From: Limnochordia bacterium
GTDB lineage: Bacteria > Bacillota > Limnochordia > Darwinibacteriales > DTU012
Direction: 5' to 3'
DNA length: 64,000 nucleotides
Assembly (NCBI GenBank): GCA_007116145.1
Contig: SKJB01000083.1
Span: 5,404-69,403 of the forward strand
Under the pieces are notes generated by a model. The model saw only the letters and a program-made list of their open reading frames with translations. It was not told the DNA's origin and made no database searches. Position 1 is the stretch's first letter. Every line of letters starts with the position of its first letter. The translations under genes and the position numbers were made by a program. This document shows, piece after piece, positions 52,826 to 63,173 of this stretch.

Positions 52826-52991
52826 TTACTGGTATATATATCATACCCCATACTAGTACTTCGACTTATTCGGGCTAAATCCTTTTAGAGAGGGGAGTTT
52901 GTTAGACCATCTCGCATCCATGACTATTGCCGTTATTCCGAACTAACTAAATTGCTATCCTTTAACACTCTAGAACGCGTGGCTCGCCTCA

Positions 52992-54278
52992 TCAATAATG
53001 TATAGTTTCTTTTTTTTCTGTCTCTATATTAACAAGTCCAGGTACATTTAATGTCGCAAAATAGTCAGCTGGTGTTTCCGCCCGTCGAATACAGCGCGTT
53101 GATCCATCTAAACGCAATAACACTTCCGCTGAACGCAACTTGCCATTGTAGTTATAACCCATGGCAAACCCATGTGCTCCAGTGTCGTGGATGACCACGA
53201 AATCACCCAACTCGATTTTTGGTAGCATTCGATCAACAGCAAATTTGTCATTGTTCTCACATAGTCCACCTGTAATATCATATTTATGATCACAGGGATC
53301 AAGCTCTTTACCCATTACTGTAATGTGATGATAGGCACCATACATCGCTGGTCGCATAAGATTGGCTGCACAAGCGTCCAACCCAATATACTCCTTATAA
53401 ATGTGTTTTTCGTGTAATGCGCGTGTAACAAGGCATCCATAAGGCCCTAACATGAAACGTCCAAGCTCAGTAAAGATTGCTACATCATCCATCCCTGCAG
53501 GCACAAAAATCTCTTCATACGCTTGTCGAACACCTTCACCAATCGCAAAAATATCACTGGCTTCCTGCTCTGGGCGATACGGTATCCCAATTCCTCCAGA
53601 AAGATTAATGAAGGCAATATGGACCCCCGTTTCTTCCTGTAGTTCTACTGCAGTTTGGAACAGAATTTTTGCAAGCGCTGGATAGTATTCATTGGCCACT
53701 GTGTTACTCGCTAAGAACGCATGCAATCCAAAGTGCTTAACGCCTCTTTCTTTTAATATCAAAAAACCTTCTCGCAACTGATCTCGTGTAAAACCATACT
53801 TGGCTTCACCTGGGGTATCCATAATATGATTATTAATGGCAAAAGCGCCTCCAGGATTGTATCGACAACTAATAGTCTCTGGGATACCTGCTACTGTCTC
53901 CAAAAATTCAATATGGGTGAAATCATCTAGGTTAATTGTTGCATCCAATTTGCGTGCCGCAATAAAATCTTCCTCTGGCGTAACATTAGAAGAGAACATA
54001 ATCTGATCTCCTTGAAATCCAACTGCTTCCGCCATCATTAACTCGGTCAATGAAGAGCAATCGACTCCAAACCCTTCATCCTTTAGGATCTGTAAAATGG
54101 TGGGGTTTGGAGTAGCTTTTACAGCAAAATACTCCATAAATCCTGGATTCCAACTAAACGCTTCCTTTAATTTTCTTGCGTTTTCTCTGATTCCTTTCTC
54201 ATCGTAGAGATGAAACGGAGTGGGATACTCAGAGGTTATCTCCTGTACTTGTTTTAGGGTTACAAATGGTTTTTTCAT
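52992..54278 (-). CDS. lysA: Diaminopimelate decarboxylase
   Basis: FAVKA, INLSGG, ELGR, RPAMYG, LCENND, GAHG.AMG.NYN. Confidence 0.88.
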   Translation of the reverse strand: MKKPFVTLKQVQEITSEYPTPFHLYDEKGIRENARKLKEAFSWNPGFMEYFAVKATPNPTILQILKDEGFGVDCSSLTELMMAEAVGFQGDQIMFSSNVTPEEDFIAARKLDATINLDDFTHIEFLETVAGIPETISCRYNPGGAFAINNHIMDTPGEAKYGFTRDQLREGFLILKERGVKHFGLHAFLASNTVANEYYPALAKILFQTAVELQEETGVHIAFINLSGGIGIPYRPEQEASDIFAIGEGVRQAYEEIFVPAGMDDVAIFTELGRFMLGPYGCLVTRALHEKHIYKEYIGLDACAANLMRPAMYGAYHHITVMGKELDPCDHKYDITGGLCENNDKFAVDRMLPKIELGDFVVIHDTGAHGFAMGYNYNGKLRSAEVLLRLDGSTRCIRRAETPADYFATLNVPGLVNIETEKKETIHY

Positions 54279-54979
54279 AATTTATTACCGCCCTTTCTTA
54301 GTTCGATTAAGGTAATCTCATTGCGCAATGCATCTTTAAAAAGGTCAATTAGGTTCTTACTTCTCGAATAAAGACAAGTAGACTCGGCACCGTCGGATAT
54401 ATCACCTGTTAAAACATCCGTTGAATCCGCTATTAGACGGATCTGATTAGCCTCCTTATCCGCACGATAGATGGTGGCACCAGGAAGATCAAGAGCGATG
54501 TCTGTAATAATCACAACCTTAATCCCACGGAGTAGTCCATCTCTTAGCGCAGGCAGGAGATGCTCGAGGATTTTCTTAGAAAGCGAGAGATATACCCGTT
54601 CGTCAGCCTCTACAATCATGGTCTGCATTTTGTCTAGGATATGATTTTCACCTTTAACTGTGATGTATCCGGTAGGCTGTGCCCGTGCTTGAGGCATCAC
54701 GGATATCAACTTCTGTTTCAACTCTTGCATTCTGCGAATATTGTTCGTGCAAAACTCTTCGAGAGCAACGGCTGTGTACCGATTTGCCGAACCCTCCATC
54801 ACATACGCGGCTCCTTTATCCACTAAACTCGCTAGTGATGTATAGGCATTAGATCGCGAAATACCTGTTAATTTAGCCACCTCATAACCAGTACTATCAC
54901 CTTCTGTATGTAATGCAATATAAATTGTTGCTTCTTGTCTTGTGAGGTTGAACTGTGTTAGTAACTCGACTACATCCAT
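54275..54979 (-). CDS. TrmB-family transcriptional regulator
   Basis: E..IY.AL, TGYEVAK.TGISRSNAY..L.SL..KG. Confidence 0.88.
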   Translation of the reverse strand: MDVVELLTQFNLTRQEATIYIALHTEGDSTGYEVAKLTGISRSNAYTSLASLVDKGAAYVMEGSANRYTAVALEEFCTNNIRRMQELKQKLISVMPQARAQPTGYITVKGENHILDKMQTMIVEADERVYLSLSKKILEHLLPALRDGLLRGIKVVIITDIALDLPGATIYRADKEANQIRLIADSTDVLTGDISDGAESTCLYSRSKNLIDLFKDALRNEITLIELRKGGNKL

Positions 54980-55010
54980 CTAAAACACACCTCCATTCAC
55001 CTTATACTAA

Positions 55011-55058
55011 AGTGTTCCTGTTTAGGAATACTATACTACGAATTTGTCAGTTTGTCTA
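55011..55058 (-). promoter_or_regulatory. Promoter with overlapping palindrome (putative TrmB operator)
   Basis: Minus strand TAGACA-17 nt-TATAGT; inverted repeat AGTGTTCCT-GTTT-AGGAATACT at 55011-55032. Confidence 0.55.
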
Positions 55059-55175
55059 CAAGAAAAGTCGGCAGGATGTTATCCTAACCGACTAATGTCT
55101 ACTATTTTTTAGTATAATATACAGCGCCCTTTCAATATAATCTCCCTCAATATTGGAGACATTAGTTTAGCTCCC

Positions 55176-55840
55176 TTAAGTCCGGATTAGTTTTGGTACG
55201 ATAAAGCTCTTATCAACATAAAAATATCCACGCACAAACAAAGTAGAATCGTCAATCTTGTAATCATGTAAGGAACCGCTTACGCCTAACCAATCAGGAT
55301 TAAAGCCAAAATCAATCATCTCTACTCCTGGAAAATGTAGATACGGCAGGAGTTGAGAAAAACTTATATTGATCGACTATTGGATCGATGATACAGAGTT
55401 CACTCATTTTTCTCTTGGCATCCAACTTACACTCTACAAAGGTTTGCTGTTCCGATATGGGAGCAAACCCGAATTTGGGACAAAAATCCAAGACACTATC
55501 ATTGGCAAAAAAGGAAACATGGTGTCTCTGAATACGTGTCCAAAATACAATTCATAATCTTTCGTGACAACCCCTGACCACGATATTCCTTCCTTGTTGC
55601 AACTGCACCCACTTGCAGACAATCTAATGGGCGGTCATCCACTAGCAGTTTCATCCTAAAAACAGACGCATTCGCCAGCATGGTGTTGTTTTCAATGATG
55701 GAATAGCTTTCATAATCCTTCCCCCACAAATTGTGGCTAAACCAGGTATCAAAACTGAATCCAAACACTTGCATAATTAAGTCATTATATTGATCTTTAA
55801 AACTTGCAGTGGCCGTAAGGCCATTGGTCATTTTAGTCAT
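55176..55840 (-). pseudogene. GNAT acetyltransferase pseudogene
   Basis: VATRKEYRGQGLS in the first frame; continues FANDSVLDFCPKFGF after a shift at a T6 run; a further frame gives IDFGFNPDW...LFVRG...LIRT*. Confidence 0.75.
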
Positions 55841-56140
55841 CGTATACCTCCTTAAAAAAAGACTGGAAGAAGATACTACCTTCTTACAGCCCAAACATAT
55901 CTAAACACAACCCAAACCAGGTGCCAATTCGCACAGATTAGGTCTGTATTTGATGTTTTGTTTTACCACGGCAAGAAAAGCAAGTTACCTGCTAATGCTG
56001 TCCAAAAAGAGCGCACAAAATAAACCGTAATAATACTTCAACGCTCCTTGGACAAAGCTATTAATTTAGAGTCAAATTAATATTGGCAATTAGCTGGTGT
56101 CATAATTATACTTTCCTCCCACTGATATTCCCTAACTCCA

Positions 56141-56332
56141 CTACTTAACTTCCTTTACTCGACCAACAATTCCACTCTCAAGCATCACCTTTATACCGTG
56201 ATGGTGATCAGAAGATTTTGTAAGAATCCGTTTGACAACACCTTCTGTTAGCTTACCACTACGTTGATCTTGCTTTTGCACAACCATAACAGTAACTCCT
56301 ATGCTAATACTGCTTCTCTTCGTTCCGTCCAT
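56141..56332 (-). CDS. YwbE (DUF2196) family protein
   Basis: MDG..R, K.DQRSGKLT.G.V..ILT.S..H.HGIKV.L.SG.VGRV. Confidence 0.88.
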   Translation of the reverse strand: MDGTKRSSISIGVTVMVVQKQDQRSGKLTEGVVKRILTKSSDHHHGIKVMLESGIVGRVKEVK

Positions 56333-56436
56333 TAGTCCATCCTTTCAAACTACCTAACACTGCAGGTTGCTTACACATATTTTCTTCTAGCATACCATAT
56401 CCTCTCTATCTCATGCTAAACAATGTGCTAACTAAG

Positions 56437-56539
56437 GAACCGCCGTATACCGAACGGTACGTACGGGTCTGTTATCCCGATATCGGGATAAGTGGTGTGG
56501 GAGGTCCGCTACTCAACAATGTGTAGCCTCCTACCCGAT
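56437..56539 (+). mobile_element. Group IIC intron relic (domains V-VI only)
   Basis: GAACCGCCGTATACCGAACGGTACGTACG..[insert]..GTGGTGTGGGAGG...CCTCCTACCCGAT, with the IIC CGC triad and AY 3' end; no RT ORF upstream. Confidence 0.8.
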
Positions 56540-56541
56540 TT

Positions 56542-59500
56542 TTACTTAATGCTTGCGTGATATTCCTGCAGAGGCTTTATCGTACTTTGGTTTAGTTCTG
56601 TCTCTTTGTAAGATTTGATGCCCTTAACACTAGCATTCGCAGCAGCAAGTGTTGTCAAATATGGTATTTTATGCTTAATCGCTGCCTTACGGATATAGGA
56701 GTCATCCGTTTGACTATGCTTGCCAATTGGCGTATTAATAATCAAGTTAATCTCTTTATTCATCATTGCATCCACTATATTTGGTCTGCCATCATTAATC
56801 TTCTTGATGCTTTCTGCTACAATACCGTTTTGGTTTAGATATTGACTGGTCCCTTCCGTTGCTCGAATTAAGAAACCAAGCTCTACAAAACCGCGAGCAA
56901 TTTCTAAGACAGCCATTTTATCAGGATCAGATACACTAATAAGTACCGTCCCTGAAGTGGGCAAGGATACTTGTGTCGCTTCTTGCGCCTTAAAGAAGGC
57001 TAAACCAAACGAATCTGCAATACCTAACACTTCACCGGTGGAGCGCATCTCAGGCCCTAACAGTGGATCAACTTCCGGAAACATGTTAAAGGGGAATACC
57101 GCTTCTTTGACCCCGAAATGCATAATTGTTGACGCTGACAAAGTGGGTACAATTGGCGCTCCACCCATAGTAGCTGTCATAATGACATTAGTAGCAATAC
57201 GAGCCATTGAAATGTTACAGACTTTTGACACTAGTGGCACAGTCCGAGATCCTCGTGGATTAGCTTCCAAAACATAGACAGTATCATCAGCAATTGCATA
57301 TTGGATATTCATTAAACCTATTACGCTTAATTCCTGTGCAATTCTCTTTGTATAGTCGTTGATCGTCGCTATATGTGACTCAGATATACTGATAGTAGGA
57401 ATGACACAGGCCGAATCCCCTGAATGAATTCCTGCTAGTTCAATATGTTCCATCACAGCAGGCACAAAAGCATTCACACCATCAGAGATCGCATCGGCTT
57501 CAGCTTCAATTGCATTAACGAGAAATCTATCAATTAGTATCGGCTTCTCTGGGCTAACATCCACAGCTGCTGACATATACAATTCAAGCATCTCTTGATC
57601 ATAAACAACCTCCATTCCCCGTCCACCAAGGACATAAGAAGGACGTACCATTAGCGGATAACCAATCTGAGCTGCAATTGCTAGTGCTTCTTTAGCATTG
57701 CTAGCCATACCGGATTCTGGCATAGGAATCCCTAACTTTTCCATGCTTTGGCGAAATAAGTCACGATCCTCCGCTAAGTCTATACTTTCAAGCGCTGTTC
57801 CAAGAATCCGGACCCCCTCTTTGGCTAGGTCGTTTGCAATATTTAATGGAGTTTGACCGCCAAATTGTACGATAACCCCGATTGGATTTTCTTTCTTATA
57901 AATGCTCAAAACGTCCTCTACAGTCAGAGGCTCAAAGTATAGTTTATCTGACGTATCATAGTCGGTAGATACAGTTTCTGGGTTGCAGTTAACGATTATC
58001 GTTTCATACCCTAAATCCCGTAGCGCTAACGCAGCGTGCACACAACAGTAATCAAATTCAATGCCCTGTCCAATGCGGTTAGGTCCGCCACCTAAAATCA
58101 TCACCTTCTGCTTCGTGCTTACTGTAGTCTTATCCTCGGCATTATAGGTAGAGAAATAGTAGGCAGCATCTTCAACTCCGCTTACTGGCACTGGCTCCCA
58201 GCCTTCAACCACCTCTAGGGCCATTCGGCGATCGCGGATACACGTTTCAGTTCGATTCAAAAGCTTGGCGAGATAACGATCCGCAAACCCATCTCTCTTT
58301 GCCTGAATTAAGAGCTCATCAGGTAATTCAATCTCCGTATACTGCAGAATTTTCTCTTCTAATAGCACCAAATCTCGCATCTGCTCAATAAACCAAGCTT
58401 TGATATGGGTTAAGCTGTGTAATTCGTCCACAGATGCTCCTTTTCGCAGTGCTTCATACATGATAAACTGGCGCTCGCTTGAAGGCTCAATGAGCATCTT
58501 TAATAATTCTGGCAGTGTTTTCTCATTAAAATCCTTGGCAAAACCTAACCCATAGCACCCAATTTCTAACGAACGAATGGCTTTCTGGAATGCTTCTTTA
58601 TAGTTTTTGCCGATACTCATCACTTCGCCGACAGCCTTCATTTGAGTTCCTAATTTATCTTGAGCACCTTTAAATTTCTCAAAAGCCCAACGGGCAAACT
58701 TTATTACCACATAATCACCAGACGGGGTATATTGATCTAGTGTTCCATCACGCCAGTAAGGTATCTCATCTAAGGTTAGACCAGCTGCTAACATGGCAGA
58801 AATCAGGGCTATTGGAAACCCAGTCGCCTTAGAAGCAAGTGCTGAAGAGCGAGATGTTCGTGGGTTAATCTCAATAACTACAATTCGTCCAGTCTTCGGA
58901 TCGTGGGCAAACTGAACATTAGTTCCACCAATAACTTCAATGGCTTCCACAATTCTATACGCATAATCCTGCAAGCGCTGTTGTAGATCTTTGCTAATTG
59001 TGAGCATCGGTGCAGAACAAAATGAATCCCCTGTATGAACACCAACAGCATCAATATTTTCAATGAAACAAACAGTGATCATCGTATTGTTAGCATCACG
59101 CACTACCTCAAGCTCGAGTTCTTCCCATCCTAGAACCGATTCCTCAACAAGGATCTGTCCAACCAAGCTAGCTGCAATACCTCGCGTGGCGACTACTCGT
59201 AACTCTTCAAAATTATAGACGAGCCCACCGCCTGTTCCACCCATGGTGTAAGCAGGACGAATAACGACTGGATACCCTAATTCAGCTGCAATTTCTTCTG
59301 CTGCCTCCACACTAAAGGCTGGTCTACTCTTGGGCATTTCAATACCGAGTTTATCCATGGCTGCTTTAAAAAGAATTCTATCCTCGCCTCTTTCTATCGC
59401 ATCGAGTTGCACACCGATGATCTTCACATCGTATTTGGCGAGAACGCCAGCTTTATCCAATTCGGTACAGAGGTTAAGTGCAGATTGCCCTCCTAAGTTC

Positions 59501-59763
59501 GGTAGAACAGCATCTGGACGTTCACTCGCAATGATATCGGTTAAGCGCTTTAAATTTAGCGGTTCAATGTATGTAGCATCAGCAATTCCTGGGTCTGTCA
59601 TAATTGTGGCTGGGTTAGAATTTACTAGAATAATTCTATACCCTAAATTGCGTAAGGCCTTACATGCTTGCGTTCCTGAATAATCAAACTCACAGGCTTG
59701 TCCAATGATAATTGGCCCCGATCCGATAATCATAATCGTGTTGATATCTAGACGTTTTGGCAT
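56542..59763 (-). CDS. carB: Carbamoyl-phosphate synthase large subunit
   Basis: GSGPIIIGQACEFDYSG, GGGPNRIGQGIEFDYC, MGS domain; start ATG 59763 after GGGGGAG. Confidence 0.97.
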   Translation of the reverse strand: MPKRLDINTIMIIGSGPIIIGQACEFDYSGTQACKALRNLGYRIILVNSNPATIMTDPGIADATYIEPLNLKRLTDIIASERPDAVLPNLGGQSALNLCTELDKAGVLAKYDVKIIGVQLDAIERGEDRILFKAAMDKLGIEMPKSRPAFSVEAAEEIAAELGYPVVIRPAYTMGGTGGGLVYNFEELRVVATRGIAASLVGQILVEESVLGWEELELEVVRDANNTMITVCFIENIDAVGVHTGDSFCSAPMLTISKDLQQRLQDYAYRIVEAIEVIGGTNVQFAHDPKTGRIVVIEINPRTSRSSALASKATGFPIALISAMLAAGLTLDEIPYWRDGTLDQYTPSGDYVVIKFARWAFEKFKGAQDKLGTQMKAVGEVMSIGKNYKEAFQKAIRSLEIGCYGLGFAKDFNEKTLPELLKMLIEPSSERQFIMYEALRKGASVDELHSLTHIKAWFIEQMRDLVLLEEKILQYTEIELPDELLIQAKRDGFADRYLAKLLNRTETCIRDRRMALEVVEGWEPVPVSGVEDAAYYFSTYNAEDKTTVSTKQKVMILGGGPNRIGQGIEFDYCCVHAALALRDLGYETIIVNCNPETVSTDYDTSDKLYFEPLTVEDVLSIYKKENPIGVIVQFGGQTPLNIANDLAKEGVRILGTALESIDLAEDRDLFRQSMEKLGIPMPESGMASNAKEALAIAAQIGYPLMVRPSYVLGGRGMEVVYDQEMLELYMSAAVDVSPEKPILIDRFLVNAIEAEADAISDGVNAFVPAVMEHIELAGIHSGDSACVIPTISISESHIATINDYTKRIAQELSVIGLMNIQYAIADDTVYVLEANPRGSRTVPLVSKVCNISMARIATNVIMTATMGGAPIVPTLSASTIMHFGVKEAVFPFNMFPEVDPLLGPEMRSTGEVLGIADSFGLAFFKAQEATQVSLPTSGTVLISVSDPDKMAVLEIARGFVELGFLIRATEGTSQYLNQNGIVAESIKKINDGRPNIVDAMMNKEINLIINTPIGKHSQTDDSYIRKAAIKHKIPYLTTLAAANASVKGIKSYKETELNQSTIKPLQEYHASIK

Positions 59764-59800
59764 TATAGTCTCCCCCATTTGGCATTCGTGAGCCAAAATT

Positions 59801-59859
59801 TGTTTATAATTATGCAAAGCGTTATTATAATTATACATTTCATCTATTAGAAATGTCAA
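59801..59859 (-). promoter_or_regulatory. carB promoter with tandem ARG-box-like sites
   Basis: TTGACA-18 nt-TATAAT overlapped by AATGTATAATTATAATAA-CGC-TTTGCATAATTATAAACA (18-3-18). Confidence 0.65.
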
Positions 59860-60133
59860 TTAGATTCTTTAAAATTTCTTGCATTTTAGCGCTAGAAACC
59901 TGCTCGAAAATGTGCTTGTAAGACGCACAATAACAATGTACCTGATCGTTTCACTCATTAACTCCTTATAGATTATACCATCTATGCGCGATATAATAAA
60001 GCATAGAAGTACAAATGCTAAACGAAGGGGAGCGGGCTGCATATGAGTTACACGATCTATATTGTCTATGCTTTCCAAAATCGTGAACAAGTGGTATAAT
60101 ATCAGTATCTCATAATAGTGAAAGAGGATACTA

Positions 60134-61609
60134 ATGAAAAATAGCTTTAACCAACTAGGAATATCACCTCCAATCTTAAAAGCGTTAGAAGAAATGGGTT
60201 TTGATGAGCCCACAGAGGTACAAGCCAAAGCCATTCCCCATATCTTAACTCGCAAGGATCTAATGGTTATTTCGAAGACAGGTAGCGGCAAGACAGCAGT
60301 TTTTGGCGTTTCAATGCTACAATTAATTAATCCAGGTGCCGAAGGACCTCAGGGTCTTATTCTTACCCCGACTCGGGAACTTGCCGTCCAAGTAGATAGC
60401 GATCTCAGGTTGATGTCGAAGCATCTACGGCAAAAAACCACCGCTGTATACGGGCAGCATAATATCAAGAGTGAGATTGACGCTCTCAAGAGGGGCGTTT
60501 CTATCGTTACCGGAACACCCGGCCGAGTTTATGATCACATTCGCCAAAAGAATCTAGTGACAACAAATTTGCGTTTCTTAGTTCTTGATGAAGCGGACAG
60601 GATGCTCGATATGGGCTTTATTGATCAAGTGGTAAGAATCATTAAAGCCTTGCCAAGAGATCGAGTAACACTCTTATTTTCAGCCACAATACCTCCAGAA
60701 ATCCAACGGATATGCAGAGAATACATGAAAAAACCCTTGATGATTGAGATGGAATCCGACACAAAAACAGTCGATACCATTGAACAAGTCTATTATCGTA
60801 TGGAGAATAATGAAAAGCGTAAGCAGTTAAACAATTTGCTCCTCTTTGAGCAACCTAAGAGTTGTATGATTTTCTGCAATACACGAATTGCCGTTGATCG
60901 CGTGCAAAGCTTCTTATCAGGCAAAGGATATGCTTGCCAATCGTTACACGGTGATATCCCCCAAGGACGACGGTTAAAGACCATAGAACAATTTAAGCAT
61001 GGAGAGTTTCATATATTGGTGGCTACAGATGTTGCAGCCCGCGGCATTCATGTGGATAGCCTGTCATTGGTTATTAACTATGATGTGCCCCTCGAAAAAG
61101 ATAGCTATGTACATAGAATAGGACGCACTGGCAGAACAGGGAATCAAGGTCGGGCCATTACTATGGTTACAGGGGAGGACATTATGAGCCTGTATGCTAT
61201 AGAGGAGCATATTGGTGCCCTAATTACGGAGGCAGAATTACCGTCAAAAGCAATCCTGAGCGAACGCAAAATTACGGCAAAGCAGTGGATTCAGGCAAAC
61301 GCACTGAAGAATATCCCCACGAAACCTCCATCAAAATCTAGGCCCAAAGAATTTAATAAAAAGCGAACTCCGCACAAGAAATCCTCTTCACGAAACAAAC
61401 AAAGAGAACGGTCATTCGAAGTCAGGCAAGCTCCACAAACGGCAAAAAAAGATGAAGTAGCACAGCAACGAATAGAGCAAAAGAAAACAGTTGCTCCAAT
61501 TGCTAAAGCAGCTGTAGTAAACCCTGCGAGCGAAATCATTAAAGTCCAAGCCACTTCAGCAAAGAAACCACTCCTCGAGCGTATACTGCAGCGTATACGC
61601 AAAAAATAA
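60134..61609 (+). CDS. DEAD-box RNA helicase with basic C-terminal tail
   Basis: Q motif, KTGSGKT, PTRELA, DEAD, SAT, HRIGRTGR. Confidence 0.95.
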   Translation: MKNSFNQLGISPPILKALEEMGFDEPTEVQAKAIPHILTRKDLMVISKTGSGKTAVFGVSMLQLINPGAEGPQGLILTPTRELAVQVDSDLRLMSKHLRQKTTAVYGQHNIKSEIDALKRGVSIVTGTPGRVYDHIRQKNLVTTNLRFLVLDEADRMLDMGFIDQVVRIIKALPRDRVTLLFSATIPPEIQRICREYMKKPLMIEMESDTKTVDTIEQVYYRMENNEKRKQLNNLLLFEQPKSCMIFCNTRIAVDRVQSFLSGKGYACQSLHGDIPQGRRLKTIEQFKHGEFHILVATDVAARGIHVDSLSLVINYDVPLEKDSYVHRIGRTGRTGNQGRAITMVTGEDIMSLYAIEEHIGALITEAELPSKAILSERKITAKQWIQANALKNIPTKPPSKSRPKEFNKKRTPHKKSSSRNKQRERSFEVRQAPQTAKKDEVAQQRIEQKKTVAPIAKAAVVNPASEIIKVQATSAKKPLLERILQRIRKK

Positions 61610-61655
61610 GTTGCGATAAAGTGGACAGCCAATTTCGAGCTTGTCCTCTTTTACC

Positions 61656-62330
61656 TCAACTACAAAAAGTCTCTGTTTCTCCATTTTTTATCGCTTGAGC
61701 CATATCCTCAACACTTTTTAAAGGCCTTGCAACGTGCAGTCCACACAACCTGCCAAGCTGACCTCTGTGATTGTCTGACCCAGCTACTTTCAACAAATTG
61801 TAGTTGTCCGCATATTGATCGGCAAGTCTGTTCTCGAAATCCGTTCTACCAGAATTAATAATTTCTACAGCATCAACCTTGCGAGGTAGTAACCGAATCA
61901 TAGTGATAAATGGTGCTTCACGAAATGGATGCGCATGTACAATAAACCCTCCGTGAGCATGGACAAGATCACAGTACTCATTAACACTAAGGCTAAGTAA
62001 ATCTGGATGATCGAGCAACCATTGCTTATCTAGCCCATATGTCAAAAAGTGCGTACCTCCGTGGGAATACTCCCAACCAAAAAATACATCTATCCCAACT
62101 CGTCGCCCCTCGGCATACGCTTTGTCATACCCTTGGCAAAATTGTTCTATACGTTCAGTCCACGGAATCTCTTTGGGAACCGTTGTATTACCATTTAAGA
62201 AATGATCAGTGATACACATTCCCTTAAAACCGCAAGATTGATAAAACTGAGCAAGTTCAACAGCAGAGATTCTTGAGCATTTACTTACTTCAGATGTATG
62301 TGTGTGCGTCTCATATTTGTATAATTGCAT
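61656..62330 (-). CDS. PHP-domain protein
   Basis: ETHTHT, ITDH, HAHPFR, AGSDNH. Confidence 0.85.
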   Translation of the reverse strand: MQLYKYETHTHTSEVSKCSRISAVELAQFYQSCGFKGMCITDHFLNGNTTVPKEIPWTERIEQFCQGYDKAYAEGRRVGIDVFFGWEYSHGGTHFLTYGLDKQWLLDHPDLLSLSVNEYCDLVHAHGGFIVHAHPFREAPFITMIRLLPRKVDAVEIINSGRTDFENRLADQYADNYNLLKVAGSDNHRGQLGRLCGLHVARPLKSVEDMAQAIKNGETETFCS

Positions 62331-62581
62331 CTATAACGCCCTCTCCCTAACTACTAAAGCTACTACAAAATTCCACTTGGTTTTCGTTGTTTCTGATTAT
62401 GCTACCTTTGCGTCGAAAACGTAACTTTTCGGGTATGCTAAACGATGAAGTAGTCGTAGTATTTACTTCGGCACACATATCACAAAAATCCTGCTCTAAT
62501 TCATAAATGATGATCTTATCTGGTAGCACAGCCTCTTTCAATCCATCTGCACGATGGACATGCTCAGCTTCAACCCCTGTC

Positions 62582-63103
62582 TTATTTGCGATGTTTTCGT
62601 GTTAACCCTTTCAAGAAATTCCTTGCGTAATGGTCACCGCACTCTCTATAATGCCTATGCCCTGCTTTTCTAAATATAGCACTTAGTTCCCCTTTACTTA
62701 CAACAACTCCTGCTATTTCCCAGATATCAAGCATATCTTCGCTTGTTAATGCTAGTGCTATCTTAAGTTTCTTTAGCAATACATTATTAACGCATCCATC
62801 CTTTATGGATCGTGTTGGTCCTTTCGTTTGACCTGGTTTTGGTTCCTGATTCCCGCGTTTAAAGATGATAAAACCATTCAGAAATGACTCCACCATTCGA
62901 TCACTACATTTTAGCATCCAATTTTTGGCTGTAATATCACTACTAGTGTCAGCGGATCTGTGACCATCCTCTATTGCTGTGAGCATACCTAACACTTGTT
63001 CTTTCGTTACTTCAATACCACCAAGTTCAAATATTTCTACCATATCTGTATCTTTGATATCTAGAGCATACCGTAATCTAACTAATATATCATTATTGTC
63101 CAA
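62582..63103 (-). CDS. DUF1456 (YehS-like) protein
   Basis: NNDIL.RLRYAL, FLNG.I..KRG, NN..LKKLKIAL, ELSA.FR, RNFLKGL; TTG start after GGGAGG. Confidence 0.85.
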   Translation of the reverse strand: MDNNDILVRLRYALDIKDTDMVEIFELGGIEVTKEQVLGMLTAIEDGHRSADTSSDITAKNWMLKCSDRMVESFLNGFIIFKRGNQEPKPGQTKGPTRSIKDGCVNNVLLKKLKIALALTSEDMLDIWEIAGVVVSKGELSAIFRKAGHRHYRECGDHYARNFLKGLTRKHRK

Positions 63104-63173
63104 TGATAAAAGCCTCCCTTTATCTATCAACTGACCCGCTCTTGATCTCCTCTATGGCCGGTCAATTCTGTCA

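Noticed and set aside
55900-56103. Possible decayed gene after an RBS-like GGGAG and ATG
   Set aside because: It stops after 8 codons and shows no recognisable homology.
59869-60291. 140-aa minus-strand ORF upstream of carB (possible carA fragment)
   Set aside because: Antisense to the helicase start, with no glutaminase motifs.
62347-62541. 64-aa minus-strand ORF
   Set aside because: No convincing RBS or motif; it may be spurious or a gene remnant.
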